A stretch of 62,044 nucleotides of DNA, the filler included. It is 3 parts of 3 records of this genome, joined end to end, with 100 filler letters (N's around TTAATTAATTAA, not from the genome) between each part and the next. Parts side by side here need not be neighbours in the genome. Positions count along the whole stretch, not along the records: positions 28,951 to 56,939 come from SRR20825006_1282; 2 more parts are not named here. The stretch is one strand, 5' to 3'. Below the pieces are notes generated by a model, which saw nothing but the letters and a program-made list of their open reading frames with translations, was not told the origin of the DNA and did no database searches. Shown piece after piece: positions 39,530 through 49,939 of this stretch. The position numbers and the translations under genes are program-made. How positions within the stretch are numbered: the stretch's first letter is position 1; the number at the start of each line of letters is the position of its first letter.

Positions 39530-40503
39530 CAGCGACGTCGACAGATTATATCGGCATGTGGTATCGCGCCCGCGCCGTATTGGGTATTGATGATCGTATC
39601 GAATTTATTTTCATCGATCCGCGTAGTGGTGAACGCGATACCGTCCCCCTGCGTCATCGGGACCATGATGGCGTGGGCGGTATTGCCCAGGCCCTGAAAC
39701 AACGCGGGGTGGCACAACCTCCCATGCCGCTGAGCCGCCAGAAGCAGGCACCGCGTTGGTGGCAGCGTTGGCAACGGTTGCCGGACGACCTGCCTGCGCG
39801 TGAACCGGTGTGGCGCCATTGGCAGGAGTCCCCTGGACAAGCCGAATCTGAAGAAGTCGAAGACAGCCCGGTCTGCGTGCAATGGTTGAATCCGGCGCAG
39901 ACCCGCGCGCTGTATCAGCGGGCTCACCAGAACAAGGTGTCGGTGAACAGCTTGTTGTTACTGGCGTTGCATCGGGCGGTCTGCGACACCTTGATGCTGC
40001 ACGGTATTGCCGGTAGCTGGTGCTTTCCGGTGAACATGCGCGGTGTCGTGCCCATGCTGCGCGCGGATATGAACCTGTCCAGCGCGTTCTATCTTACTGT
40101 GCACCATGAGGACAAGGCCGCCAGGCTGGACCGTTCCGTGCGTGGCTACCTCAAGGCCAATGTGCACTGGCGGTATTGGCATCTGGCGCGTATTGGGCGT
40201 TTGATCGGCCAGCGGGGCGTGAACTGGTTGTGCGGGCGCCTGCAGAAAGGCACCCGGCACTGCGGGTCTTTTTCCAGCCTGGGTGAATGGGAGATCGATT
40301 TTGCCTCCGCAGGGATGCGGGAAGATACCGTGTTTGCCTGCTGTGGTCCGGGCAGCCCGAGCCATCCAGTTGCCAACGGTGTGATTGTGGTAAATGGCTG
40401 CATGAGTCTGTCCCTGAAAGTGCACTCATCCCTGGGCGCGCCGCAAGCCACGGTGCGCCAGTGCTTACAACGCTGGGTTAACGGGCTGGGAGTGGTTGAA
40501 TGA
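39526..40503 (+). CDS. Stand-alone HxxxDG acyltransferase (condensation/PapA5/WS-DGAT fold)
   Basis: HRDHDG, VSVNSLLLLAL, FPVNMRG, FSSLG; GTGA coupling. Confidence 0.7.
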   Translation: MTATSTDYIGMWYRARAVLGIDDRIEFIFIDPRSGERDTVPLRHRDHDGVGGIAQALKQRGVAQPPMPLSRQKQAPRWWQRWQRLPDDLPAREPVWRHWQESPGQAESEEVEDSPVCVQWLNPAQTRALYQRAHQNKVSVNSLLLLALHRAVCDTLMLHGIAGSWCFPVNMRGVVPMLRADMNLSSAFYLTVHHEDKAARLDRSVRGYLKANVHWRYWHLARIGRLIGQRGVNWLCGRLQKGTRHCGSFSSLGEWEIDFASAGMREDTVFACCGPGSPSHPVANGVIVVNGCMSLSLKVHSSLGAPQATVRQCLQRWVNGLGVVE

Positions 40504-41681
40504 AGTTGCCTGCTGGTTTGCGTTCCCTCAGCTTGCGAACACTGGTGGCATTGCTGGCCAGCCTGGCCATGGCGATGGCCGTTTTTTCGCTTTATCTGGT
40601 GCCACCGGCGCCGCCGCCGGCCAAGGCTCAGGATAGTGTGTTGGCCCTCAATACCATGACTGTGGACTGGCAGGATGTGGTGATCCCGGTGTATAGCCAA
40701 GGGCAGGCCACGGCGCGCCATGATCTGCCCTTGAGTCTGGAGGTCTCCGGGCGAATCCAGGAAGTGGCGCCGGCGTTTGCCGATGGTGGGCGAGTGGCTG
40801 CGGGCGATGTGTTGCTCAAGCTGGACCCGGAGCCCTTTGCGCTGGAGGTAACCTCACGTCAGAACAGCGTCCATGCGGCGCGCCTGCACCTGGCTCAGAC
40901 CCGGGCCAAGGCCCGGGTGTCAGGGGCTTCCGGGCGCTCATCGGCGTTGGGCCGGTTCGAGCCGCAGCTGGATGAAGCGTTGAGCAGGCTGAGTGCCGCC
41001 CGTGCCAGCCTGCGTCAGGCGGAGCGTAACCAGGAACAGACCGAATTGCTGGCGCCGATCAGCGGGCGCCTGAAAGCCGTGCAGGTGATGGCAGGGCAAC
41101 ACGTGCAGGCGGGCAGCAAGCTGGCCCAGTTGTACCAGGAAGACCAGGTGGAAATTCGCCTGCCGGTCCGTGATGAGTGGCTTGGCTTGCTGGGTATCGT
41201 GCCTGGCGATGACAGCACACTGGAGGCGGTGAGTGTGATCCTGACCGGCCGTTTCGCCGGCCGGGAGGGGCACTGGGAAGGCAAGGTGGTGCGCCGTGAA
41301 GGGGGGCTGAACCGCAACCAGATGATGTACCTGATCGTGCAGGTCACCAATGACGGCCAATCATTGCCGTTGGAGCCCGGTGTACTGGTGCAGGCGGAAC
41401 TGCGCGGTGTGGCAACGCCGGCGGTGGCGGTGTTGCCCCGTTCTGCCCAGGCAGGGGATCAGTCCGTCTGGGTGCTGGACGAGGACCAGCGTCTGCGTCG
41501 TCAGTCGGTGGCGATACTGCATCAGGACAGTGACAACCTCTACCTCCACGATGGAGTCAACAGCGAGACCTCGGTGGTGTTGGCCGGGGATCTGCAATTG
41601 CTGGAAGGCATGCGGATCGATCCGCGCCCGGCTCAGCCCGGCCTGGCCCATAACAGCGGGAACAGCGAGGGACATCCATGA
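40500..41681 (+). CDS. RND efflux membrane-fusion protein
   Basis: N-terminal TM, EVSGRI...GDVLLKLD lipoyl half, APISG second half. Confidence 0.92.
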   Translation: MKLPAGLRSLSLRTLVALLASLAMAMAVFSLYLVPPAPPPAKAQDSVLALNTMTVDWQDVVIPVYSQGQATARHDLPLSLEVSGRIQEVAPAFADGGRVAAGDVLLKLDPEPFALEVTSRQNSVHAARLHLAQTRAKARVSGASGRSSALGRFEPQLDEALSRLSAARASLRQAERNQEQTELLAPISGRLKAVQVMAGQHVQAGSKLAQLYQEDQVEIRLPVRDEWLGLLGIVPGDDSTLEAVSVILTGRFAGREGHWEGKVVRREGGLNRNQMMYLIVQVTNDGQSLPLEPGVLVQAELRGVATPAVAVLPRSAQAGDQSVWVLDEDQRLRRQSVAILHQDSDNLYLHDGVNSETSVVLAGDLQLLEGMRIDPRPAQPGLAHNSGNSEGHP

Positions 41682-44600
41682 ATCGTTCCATTGCCTGGTT
41701 CGCCAGAAATGGGGCGGTTGCCAACCTGTTGATGATGACCCTGCTGGTGGCCGGGCTGCTGGCTATTCCTCATACCCGTCAGGAAACCCTGCCCAATGTG
41801 CCGCTGGACCGCATCGGCATTTATGTGACGTATCCCCAGGCCACCCCGCAAACCGTGGAATCGCTGGTGTGTACCCCGGTGGAAACCGCGGTGGACGATG
41901 TGGGGGGCGGCACTGAGCTGATCAGCGAATCCCGCGAGGGGTTATGCAGCGTTCAGCTGGATGTGCTGGAAGGGCATGATACTGGCGATGTACTGGAGCA
42001 GATCCGCACGCGCCTGGATGCTCTGGATAACCTGCCGTCGGGGGCCGCGCGCCCGCGAGTGCAGGAGTTGATTGTGCGTAACCGGGTGGTGAGGTTGCTG
42101 CTCAGCGGCTCCCTGTCCCGTACGGATTTGTACCAGCTGGGCAACCGGGTTCGCCGGCAGCTGCTCAACCACGATGCTATTTCCAGCGTGGATATTGAAA
42201 ACCTGCCGGAACGGGAAATGGCGCTGCTGGTCTCCCGCGATGACCTGTATCGCTACGAGTTGACGCTGGATGGGATTGCGGCTGCAGCCAGCCAGAGCGT
42301 GCAGCGCATCGCCGGCGGTGTGCTGCGTAGCGACAAGGGAGACTGGCTGCTGCAGACCGGCGAGCAACCCGGTGATGCCCGCGCTTATGAGCAACTGGTA
42401 ATCCGCCAGTCGGAGCAGGGGGACTTGTTGACCCTGGGCGATGTGGCCCAGGTGCAGGACGGTTTTTCCCGAGACACCCAGGCCGCCTGGCTGGATGGCA
42501 AACCGGCGGTGGCATTGGATGTGTACCGAGTTGGTGATCAGAACGTGCTGGATGTGGCCGGAGCTGTGCGTGACTACCTGGCAGAGGCAGATCTGCCTCC
42601 CGGTGTCGGGTTACAGGTGTGGAGCGACGATGCTCGCCAGTTCAGTGAGCGCTCAAACCTGCTCTGGCGTAACGCCTTGCAAGGGCTGGTACTGCTGACA
42701 TTGATGCTGGCCGTCTTCCTTACGTTGCGGTTAGCGGGCTGGGTGGCACTGGGGATTCCCGTGTGCATGCTCGGTGCCTGCGCCATGCTGCCGTTGCTGG
42801 GCGAGTCCTTTAATACTATCTCTTTGTTCGCCTTTATTCTGGTACTGGGGATTGTGGTGGATGATGCGGTGATTGTGGGCGAAAGCATTGATCACCAACG
42901 CCGCCAGGGGCTGACCGGGGGGCAAGCGGCTATCCGTGGGGCACAACGGGTGGCGAAACCGATTTTGTTTGCGGTCATGACCACGCTTTTTGCCTTTGCC
43001 CCCTTGCTGTTCCTGCCGGGGCCGGAAGGGGCATTGATGCGGGTTATCCCTATCGTCTCGATGACCATCCTGTTGCTGTCACTGGTGGAGTCCCTGTGGA
43101 TTCTGCCGGCCCACCTGAGCCACGATCGCCCGGCACGGGGGCTGTGGCTGAAATCCGAACAACTGGCCACGTGCCTTAACGATGGTCTGGAGCGCTGGCT
43201 GGACCGGCGTGCCCGGCCTATTTTGCAACGCTGCTTGCACTGGCGTTATGTGTTGGTGGTGGTATTCGTGGGCCTGTTTATTTTCTGCTGTGCGTTGGTT
43301 AACAGCGGTTGGTTGACCATGGTGTTGTTCTCCCGGGTGGAAGGAGACCGGGTGATGGCAGAAGTGGTGTTCCCGCAGGGCACTGGTGATCTTCGTCTGG
43401 CACGGGAAGTCAGGGCGCTGGAAGATTCCGCCCAGGCGCTGGCTCGCCAATTGGCGGCCGCCGCCGGTGATGATGGTGCGGAGAATGGCGATAGTGTTGA
43501 GAATGTTGAGAGCGACGCACCGATCCGTATAGATTCGGTGTTTGCCGAGCAGGGGGTGCGCCAGAAAACCTCCAACGCTAGTGATCCCGGTGCGCGATAT
43601 CGGGTTCGGGTTACCCTGGCGATTAGCGGTGATACCAGCGTCATGCCGCCCCGGGAAATCGCACGGCGGTGGCGCGATCAGCACGGGGTGATCGCCGATG
43701 CGTTGTCGGTGAAATTCCATGCCAGCCTGATGCAGGTAAAACCGGATATTCATATCAATCTGTTCCACCCGGACCTGACGACGCTACAGCGGATGAGCGA
43801 GCAGGCGGCGTTGGCGTTGGCGCGCATGGACGGAGTCCATGAGGTAGCCAATAATCTGCATGCCCAGCGAACCATTGTAGATATCAACTTGCGTGAAGAA
43901 GGGGAGCGAGCCGGTTTGCGGGCCGAACAAGTGGGGGCGCAGGTGCGCAATGCGTTCCACGGCATTGAGCTGGATCGCTGGTTTGAACAGGACCAGGAGG
44001 TGCCGGTGATGCTGCGGCTGGCTCAGGACGACAGTCGCCAGATTACCGATCTGGAGCGAATGCCGGTGCAATTGGCGGACGGTGAAATGACCGTGCTCGC
44101 AGCCGTGGCCTCGCTATCGCGTCGGCAGGCGCCGGCCATGATTAGCCACTATGACGGTCGTCGCAGTGCCACGGTGAGTGCCTTTGTGGATGAACACACC
44201 ACGTCTCCGGCTCTGGTCATGGCAGAGTTGCGCAGGGCGCTGCTGGATCCGATGATGGCAGCGGACGATAACGCCGGCTGGACGGTGGCGGGAAAGCAGG
44301 CGGCGATCAAGGATTTCTTGTCACACTTGTCGATCAGCTATTTGATTGCACTGGCGGCGATTTTCTTCTTGCTCACCATTCTGTTCGGCGGTTATGGCCA
44401 ACCCCTGCTGGTGATGGCGGCGATTCCGTTTGGGCTGGTGGGGGCCTTTATGGGGCACTTTCTGCTGGGTTACAGCGTGACACTGTGGTCGCTGGTGGGA
44501 ATCATCGCGGTGAGTGGCGTGGTGGTGAATGACAACCTGGTGTTGCTCGATGCCATCAACGACCTCCGGGAAAAAGGTGCATCGTTACGGGAGGCGGTGA

Positions 44601-45001
44601 TCGACGGCGTGAGTGGACGGTTACGGCCGGTGATGTTGACGTCGATCACCACCTTTGCCGGTGTCGCACCGCTGATGCTGGAAACCAGCGTTCAAGCCCG
44701 CTTCCTGATTCCCATGGCCGTCTCGTTGGCTTTCGGGGTGCTGTTTGCCACCTTGGTGAGCCTGCTGCTGGTGCCTGGTTTGTTGGTAGTATCCAGTGAT
44801 GTGAAGGGGCTGGTCACGCGCTGGCTGGCCCGCTGGCGAGCGCCGGAGGCATCAGAACAGGATACCGTGGAGATGGCCTATGAACGCGGCCGTTTGTATG
44901 CCGGTTGGGGAGGCGCCAACCCGTATCACGATGCCGTGCTGGGCTCCGCCTGGGAGGCGGGCCGGCAGGATTACATGCAAGGCCAGGCAGGCGTGCAGTG
45001 A
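41678..45001 (+). CDS. RND efflux permease with unusual C-terminal tail
   Basis: GIVVDDAVIVGE, RLRPVMLTSITT, PMAVSLAFG; extra tail after the last TM. Confidence 0.94.
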   Translation: MNRSIAWFARNGAVANLLMMTLLVAGLLAIPHTRQETLPNVPLDRIGIYVTYPQATPQTVESLVCTPVETAVDDVGGGTELISESREGLCSVQLDVLEGHDTGDVLEQIRTRLDALDNLPSGAARPRVQELIVRNRVVRLLLSGSLSRTDLYQLGNRVRRQLLNHDAISSVDIENLPEREMALLVSRDDLYRYELTLDGIAAAASQSVQRIAGGVLRSDKGDWLLQTGEQPGDARAYEQLVIRQSEQGDLLTLGDVAQVQDGFSRDTQAAWLDGKPAVALDVYRVGDQNVLDVAGAVRDYLAEADLPPGVGLQVWSDDARQFSERSNLLWRNALQGLVLLTLMLAVFLTLRLAGWVALGIPVCMLGACAMLPLLGESFNTISLFAFILVLGIVVDDAVIVGESIDHQRRQGLTGGQAAIRGAQRVAKPILFAVMTTLFAFAPLLFLPGPEGALMRVIPIVSMTILLLSLVESLWILPAHLSHDRPARGLWLKSEQLATCLNDGLERWLDRRARPILQRCLHWRYVLVVVFVGLFIFCCALVNSGWLTMVLFSRVEGDRVMAEVVFPQGTGDLRLAREVRALEDSAQALARQLAAAAGDDGAENGDSVENVESDAPIRIDSVFAEQGVRQKTSNASDPGARYRVRVTLAISGDTSVMPPREIARRWRDQHGVIADALSVKFHASLMQVKPDIHINLFHPDLTTLQRMSEQAALALARMDGVHEVANNLHAQRTIVDINLREEGERAGLRAEQVGAQVRNAFHGIELDRWFEQDQEVPVMLRLAQDDSRQITDLERMPVQLADGEMTVLAAVASLSRRQAPAMISHYDGRRSATVSAFVDEHTTSPALVMAELRRALLDPMMAADDNAGWTVAGKQAAIKDFLSHLSISYLIALAAIFFLLTILFGGYGQPLLVMAAIPFGLVGAFMGHFLLGYSVTLWSLVGIIAVSGVVVNDNLVLLDAINDLREKGASLREAVIDGVSGRLRPVMLTSITTFAGVAPLMLETSVQARFLIPMAVSLAFGVLFATLVSLLLVPGLLVVSSDVKGLVTRWLARWRAPEASEQDTVEMAYERGRLYAGWGGANPYHDAVLGSAWEAGRQDYMQGQAGVQ

Positions 45002-45065
45002 TGCAGGTTTCTGGCGGGGCTTTGCGCGTCAGGCTTTTGGCGTCAGCCGTCCAGCAAACCCCATA

Positions 45066-45109
45066 AACGAAAGAGGCCGCACCCCAAACAGGGGCGCGGC
45101 CTCTTCGTT
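45066..45109. terminator. Bidirectional intrinsic terminator (part of direct-repeat copy 2)
   Basis: AAGAGGCCGCACCCC-N5-GGGGCGCGGCCTCTT stem between convergent genes. Confidence 0.8.
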
Positions 45110-45170
45110 AACAGCAAGCTTTGCGGTTGTACGGTTGTTGCGTGCCGCGTGAAGCCTGTTGCGTCGCTCT

Positions 45171-45917
45171 TTACGCCTTACCCTGATTGGCCACCGCTTC
45201 AGCCGCTTTCGCGGCCGCTTCTGCGTCGCCCAGGTAGTAGTTCTTGATGGGCTTCAGGTTGTCGTCCAGCTCGTAGACCATCGGTACGCCGGTGGGGATG
45301 TTGAGCTTGACGATTTCCTCGTCGGAAATGTCACCCAGGTATTTCACCAACGCGCGCAGGCTGTTGCCGTGGGCGCAGATCAATACCTGTTTGCCCGCTT
45401 CGATTTGCGGCTTGATGTCGCTTTCGAAGTAAGGGACGAAGCGATCGACCGTGTCTTTCAGGCTCTCTGACAGGGGAATCTGCGCTTCGCTCAGGTTCTT
45501 GTACACCCGGAAGTTGCCGGCGTAGCGTTCGTCGTCCCGCTCCATTTTCGGCGGTGGTGTGTCGTAGCTACGACGCCAGATATGGACCTGGTCATCCCCG
45601 TACTTGGCGGCCGTTTCCGCCTTGTTCAGGCCCTGCAAGGCACCGTAGTGGCGCTCGTTCAGGCGATAGTCGCGGATCACCGGGATCCACATCTGGTCCA
45701 TGTTGTCCAGAATGCTCCACAGGGTGCGCACGGCACGCTTGAGCACCGAGGTGTAAGCCACATCGAACTCAAAGCCGGCTTCCTTCAGCAGCTCGCCTGC
45801 GGTGCGGGCTTCCTCGCGGCCTTGCTCGGTCAGATCCACGTCTTTCCAGCCGGTGAAGCGGTTTTCCTTGTTCCATACGCTCTGGCCGTGGCGGACCAGT
45901 ACCAGTTTCGTGCTCAT
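45171..45917 (-). CDS. gpmA: 2,3-bisphosphoglycerate-dependent phosphoglycerate mutase
   Basis: [35 protein letters not shown]. Confidence 0.97.
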   Translation of the reverse strand: MSTKLVLVRHGQSVWNKENRFTGWKDVDLTEQGREEARTAGELLKEAGFEFDVAYTSVLKRAVRTLWSILDNMDQMWIPVIRDYRLNERHYGALQGLNKAETAAKYGDDQVHIWRRSYDTPPPKMERDDERYAGNFRVYKNLSEAQIPLSESLKDTVDRFVPYFESDIKPQIEAGKQVLICAHGNSLRALVKYLGDISDEEIVKLNIPTGVPMVYELDDNLKPIKNYYLGDAEAAAKAAEAVANQGKA

Positions 45918-46137
45918 TAGCGTCATTCCTGTGCGATTTCAATGCGGCGCAAAGAGTAGCAGAAATGCGCCGGGAAATTGAGCGCCACAGCCCGTATAAT
46001 CGTCGCAAATTCTGTTGCCGCTGCCGGCAAGGCCTGTCCTGTGTATTTTTTTGCAGGCCATTTTGCCCTTTTCATGCGCAGCGATGACCTGTGAAAGCCG
46101 CTTCAAGGGCTTTTCCATTCCCGGATAAGGCGAAAAC

Positions 46138-47211
46138 ATGGCGTATCTTTGGTGCGAGGACAATCAGGCAATCAGTGAATGGCAAGGTGGGCTGACGGCG
46201 GGGACCCCGCTCTATCTGGACACGGAATTCATGCGCGAGCGCACCTTCTGGCCGCAATTGGCGCTGGTGCAGGTACACGACGGTGAACAAATTCGCCTGA
46301 TTGATACCACCCGGGTGGATGGCCCCACGTTGTCTCCGGTATTTCAGCAGCACACCCTGGTCATGCATGCCTGCTCGGAAGATCTGGAAGCCATTGCCAC
46401 CTTTACCGGCCAATACCCGGCCGCCATCGAAGATACCCAGATTGCCGCGGCACTGAGCGGGGAAGACATGCAGTGGGGCTACCAGAAAGTGGTACAGATG
46501 CTGCTGGGTGTCGATCTGCCCAAAGGTGCGACGCGCACCAACTGGCTGAAACGGCCATTGAGCGACGAGCAGCTTCACTACGCCGAAGATGATGTGAAAT
46601 ACCTGCCGGAAGTGGCGGCGCTCCTTGCCGAGCGGCTGGACAAGCTGGGGCGTCGCGCCTGGTGGCAGGAAGAGTGCGAACGTCTGTTGAACCAGGCTCG
46701 CAGTGTCACTCCTGCCCAGGATGCCTGGCGTAACGTGAAGGGGGCGGGCCTGCTGCAGGGGGAAAGCCTGGCGGTGCTGGCGGCCCTGACACCCTGGCGA
46801 GACCAGATGGCACGGGAGCGGAACCTGCCAAAGAGTTTCGTGCTCAAAGATGCCCAGCTACTGGACCTGGCCCGGGCCAGTCGTAGTGACCGGGGCTTGC
46901 TGGCGGATCTGGGCTTTCATCCCAAGCAAATTCGTCGCGATGGTGATGCCTTGCTGGCGCTGATGGAAGAGGGCCGCCGGCAGACTCCGCCGGACCCGTT
47001 GCCGGGCCCGCCGGATGCGGCCCAGAAGAAACTCGCCAAGACCCTGCGCAACCGGGTAGGCGTGATTGCCGAAGAGATGGACATGAAGCCGGATGTATTG
47101 ATGCGCCGGCGTTGGCTGGAAGCCCTTATTCGTCACCCGGACCGGGTGCCGGAGCCGTTGACCGGGTGGCGCCATGACATCGTCACCCAACCCCTGCTGG
47201 AGTTACTGTAG
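46138..47211 (+). CDS. rnd: Ribonuclease D
   Basis: [34 protein letters not shown]...Q..YA; HRDC region. Confidence 0.94.
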   Translation: MAYLWCEDNQAISEWQGGLTAGTPLYLDTEFMRERTFWPQLALVQVHDGEQIRLIDTTRVDGPTLSPVFQQHTLVMHACSEDLEAIATFTGQYPAAIEDTQIAAALSGEDMQWGYQKVVQMLLGVDLPKGATRTNWLKRPLSDEQLHYAEDDVKYLPEVAALLAERLDKLGRRAWWQEECERLLNQARSVTPAQDAWRNVKGAGLLQGESLAVLAALTPWRDQMARERNLPKSFVLKDAQLLDLARASRSDRGLLADLGFHPKQIRRDGDALLALMEEGRRQTPPDPLPGPPDAAQKKLAKTLRNRVGVIAEEMDMKPDVLMRRRWLEALIRHPDRVPEPLTGWRHDIVTQPLLELL

Positions 47212-47528
47212 TGAGTGAGGGCGTGTTGAAAGGCAAGCTGTTTTGTTCGATCTACAAGAGCCGTCGCAAAAGCGGTATGTATTTGTATGTGGATCGTCAG
47301 AAGGGTCTGAAAGAGGTGCCAGAAATACTGATGGGGCAATTTGGCCATGCTGAACATGTGACCGACATGATCCTTAACCCGGAGCGGCCTTTGGCCCGGG
47401 CGGATGTGGAGCAGGTCATGGGTAAAATCCGCGAGCAGGGCTTTTATCTGCAGATGCCGCCGCCGCCGGATGAAGACCTGTTCATGGCCGATGGCCATCC
47501 GGACAAACCGGCCGGACGTGATGCCTGA
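47211..47528 (+). CDS. ycgL: YcgL-domain protein
   Basis: CSIYKS....[19 protein letters not shown]. Confidence 0.9.
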   Translation: MSEGVLKGKLFCSIYKSRRKSGMYLYVDRQKGLKEVPEILMGQFGHAEHVTDMILNPERPLARADVEQVMGKIREQGFYLQMPPPPDEDLFMADGHPDKPAGRDA

Positions 47529-47979
47529 CGTGACCCTGCCACTGCGTGCGCAGTTCTGGACCCTGCCGTTGGGTGAGCTCAATGCCCGCGAGTGGGAGGC
47601 GCTGTGCGATGGTTGTGGCCGTTGTTGTCTGGTCAAACTGGAAGATGAAGATAGCGGCGAGTTGGCGTTTACCAATCTGGCCTGTCGCTTTCTGGATAGC
47701 AAAAAATGTCAGTGCCGGGTATATCCGGAGCGTTTTCAGCGGGTCCCTGACTGTATTCAAGTGACTGAAGCCATTGCCCGGGATACGGACTGGCTACCGT
47801 CCACTTGTGCGTATCGTTTGCGTGCCCATGGCCAGCCATTGCCCGGCTGGCACCCGCTGCTCAGCGACAATGCGGGCAGCGTGAAACAGGCAGGTATAAG
47901 CGTGGCCGGCCGAGTGGTGTCCGAGCAGCTTGTGCCGGAAGACGATTGGGAAGAGCATATTGTTCACTGGATCGACTGA
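47521..47979 (+). CDS. ycgN: YcgN/UPF0260 cysteine-cluster protein
   Basis: [31 protein letters not shown]. Confidence 0.92.
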   Translation: MPDVTLPLRAQFWTLPLGELNAREWEALCDGCGRCCLVKLEDEDSGELAFTNLACRFLDSKKCQCRVYPERFQRVPDCIQVTEAIARDTDWLPSTCAYRLRAHGQPLPGWHPLLSDNAGSVKQAGISVAGRVVSEQLVPEDDWEEHIVHWID

Positions 47980-48029
47980 ATGCAGGTGAGTGCCTGGCAG
48001 TGGGTTCAATCACACGTGTAGGAGAAGTT

Positions 48030-48377
48030 GTGACAACACAAGCATATTTATGGGGCTGGTTTGCCTACCTGATCGGCAGCGTCGGCGTATTGTTTGTCTG
48101 GTGGTGGCTGACACGCCCGCTGTCACGGTGGGGCAAAGTGCCACTGCGCACCGTGTTGACGGCTCTGTTGCTGACCCCCTGGTCTGTTTCCCCGCAACAT
48201 GACGAATGGGCACCGGCCTGGGTGGTCAGCCTGTTTGATGGGCTTGCGCAGGAAGACGTGAGCCTGTGGCGCGCTGGTGGGCCGCTATTGGCCATGCTGG
48301 TGGTGGCATTGGTGGTGGCCGCATTTGAACTGTGGCGGCAGCGGCGCAAACAAGCGGCCATGCCGGTTCAGCAATGA
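48030..48377 (+). CDS. Small membrane protein
   Basis: GGAG RBS, GTG start, hydrophobic helices, LLLTP/APA motif. Confidence 0.7.
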   Translation: MTTQAYLWGWFAYLIGSVGVLFVWWWLTRPLSRWGKVPLRTVLTALLLTPWSVSPQHDEWAPAWVVSLFDGLAQEDVSLWRAGGPLLAMLVVALVVAAFELWRQRRKQAAMPVQQ

Positions 48378-48826
48378 GCCAGTGTATTTTCTGCCAGATC
48401 CAGGCGGGCACGTTGCCCGCCAGCGTGGTTTACGAAGATGAGCAGGCCATGGTGATTCTGGATCTTTTCCCGATCCGTGAAGCCCATTGCCTGGTCATTC
48501 CGCGTGAGCACGCGCCTCTGCTGGAAGGGCTGGACGCTGCGGTGACACACCACTTGATGGATCTGGCGCGGCGGACCATTGTCGCCCAGAAGCGGGCCGG
48601 CCTTGCAGTAAAGGCGCACAACGTGGTGGTCAACGATGGCCGTGAGGCCAATCAGCATGTGCCCCATGTGCACGTGCACGTGATTCCTCGTCGCGGCGGC
48701 GATACGCTGGTAACGGCGCTGACCTGGGCAACCCGCCTACTCAATGTCTTCGGCATGGCGAAACGACGCAAGCGCCTGGATCGGCTGGCAGGCCTGCTGT
48801 CTGAGCACTTCCCCGGCAGTGCCTGA
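48374..48826 (+). CDS. HIT-family hydrolase
   Basis: CIFCQI, H.LVIP, HVHVHVIPR. Confidence 0.93.
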   Translation: MSQCIFCQIQAGTLPASVVYEDEQAMVILDLFPIREAHCLVIPREHAPLLEGLDAAVTHHLMDLARRTIVAQKRAGLAVKAHNVVVNDGREANQHVPHVHVHVIPRRGGDTLVTALTWATRLLNVFGMAKRRKRLDRLAGLLSEHFPGSA

Positions 48827-48844
48827 CGCTCGCTTGCGTGCCGC

Positions 48845-49579
48845 TTAATGGGTGCGCGGCTTTCGCCAGGCGCGCACCCGTAGCGGCCAGTGCACGGTGC
48901 GTGTCTGTGGCCCCCATTGTGTTCGCAGCGCCGCACTGAAGGGTGCCAGCGGACTCTGGCCTGCTCTGGCTGCGTGTACCAGCGCGGACCAGGTATCCAG
49001 ATAACCGATAAACGTCTCCACGGACCATTCCCGTTCTATGGTGGTCTCCGCAAAGTGCAGGGCTGGCCAATGCAGCTGTGCCTGGGGATAGCCCGCCACC
49101 ACATCGGCGCGTTCCGCCGGCCACCATGGGCTCAGTGGGCCATCATGGAATGCCTTCACCAGACTTTCCAGACCTTCCACATCGCACAGGCCATAACTGA
49201 TCAGGGCCAGTACCCCGCCGGATTTCAGAACCCGCTCAGCCTCGGCAAAGAAGGCGGTTTTGTCGAACCAGTGAAATGCCTGGGCAACGGTGATCAGGTC
49301 CACACAGGTATTTGGCAAGGGAAGCTGATGGGCCTGCGTTGCCAGAAAGCTTGTGGCTGAGGCTGGCGCAGCCTGAAGTTGCGGAAGGCTGATATCAGTG
49401 CCGATCACATGCTGGAAGTGGGGTTCCAGGCCGCGGCTGGCCTGGCCGCTGCCACAGCCCACATCCACAGCAAGATGGGCGGCAGGGCTTTGGGCGCTGA
49501 GCCATTCAAAAAGCGCATCGGGGTAGGTGGGACGAAACTGCTGATAGTGCTGGCCGCGTTGAAACAGGCTGTCAGTCAC
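48845..49579 (-). CDS. Class I SAM-dependent methyltransferase
   Basis: RPTYP, DVGCGSGQ, ITVAQAFHWFD. Confidence 0.9.
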   Translation of the reverse strand: MTDSLFQRGQHYQQFRPTYPDALFEWLSAQSPAAHLAVDVGCGSGQASRGLEPHFQHVIGTDISLPQLQAAPASATSFLATQAHQLPLPNTCVDLITVAQAFHWFDKTAFFAEAERVLKSGGVLALISYGLCDVEGLESLVKAFHDGPLSPWWPAERADVVAGYPQAQLHWPALHFAETTIEREWSVETFIGYLDTWSALVHAARAGQSPLAPFSAALRTQWGPQTRTVHWPLRVRAWRKPRTH

Positions 49580-49934
49580 TGAAGTAACCGGTGGTATCAA
49601 AATGCGCTGCCCACAGGCGTCCGTCGGCCCGTTCCAGGTCCAGGGCGACACCGGCCAGCAAATGGCCTTCCGGGGCTGCGCACCAGGCAATGGTGCCGTA
49701 AAGGTGGTAGGTGCCGTGCTTTTCCAGCAGTGCTACCCAGAGCTCAACATCCGTATTGGGCTTGATCGGCGCAGGCAGCTCCACGCTGATTCCGGCGAGG
49801 GAAATATCGTGGGTGGTCAGATACAGGCGATCTTCCGGCGCCACGGCATCCGATCCGGCGGGCAGCAAGGTAAGAGACAGGTTCTCTTCACGGCTGATCC
49901 GGGGGTGGCGTCGGTTGTCCATTGCTGTAGCCAT
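49572..49934 (-). CDS. PilZ-domain protein
   Basis: RRHPR and DISLAG c-di-GMP-binding motifs. Confidence 0.85.
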   Translation of the reverse strand: MATAMDNRRHPRISREENLSLTLLPAGSDAVAPEDRLYLTTHDISLAGISVELPAPIKPNTDVELWVALLEKHGTYHLYGTIAWCAAPEGHLLAGVALDLERADGRLWAAHFDTTGYFSD

Positions 49935-49939
49935 ATGAC

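Noticed and set aside
36018-45001. Identity with the known Alcanivorax glycine-glucolipid biosurfactant cluster
   Set aside because: That pathway uses an NRPS, a glycosyltransferase and a PPTase; none is present here
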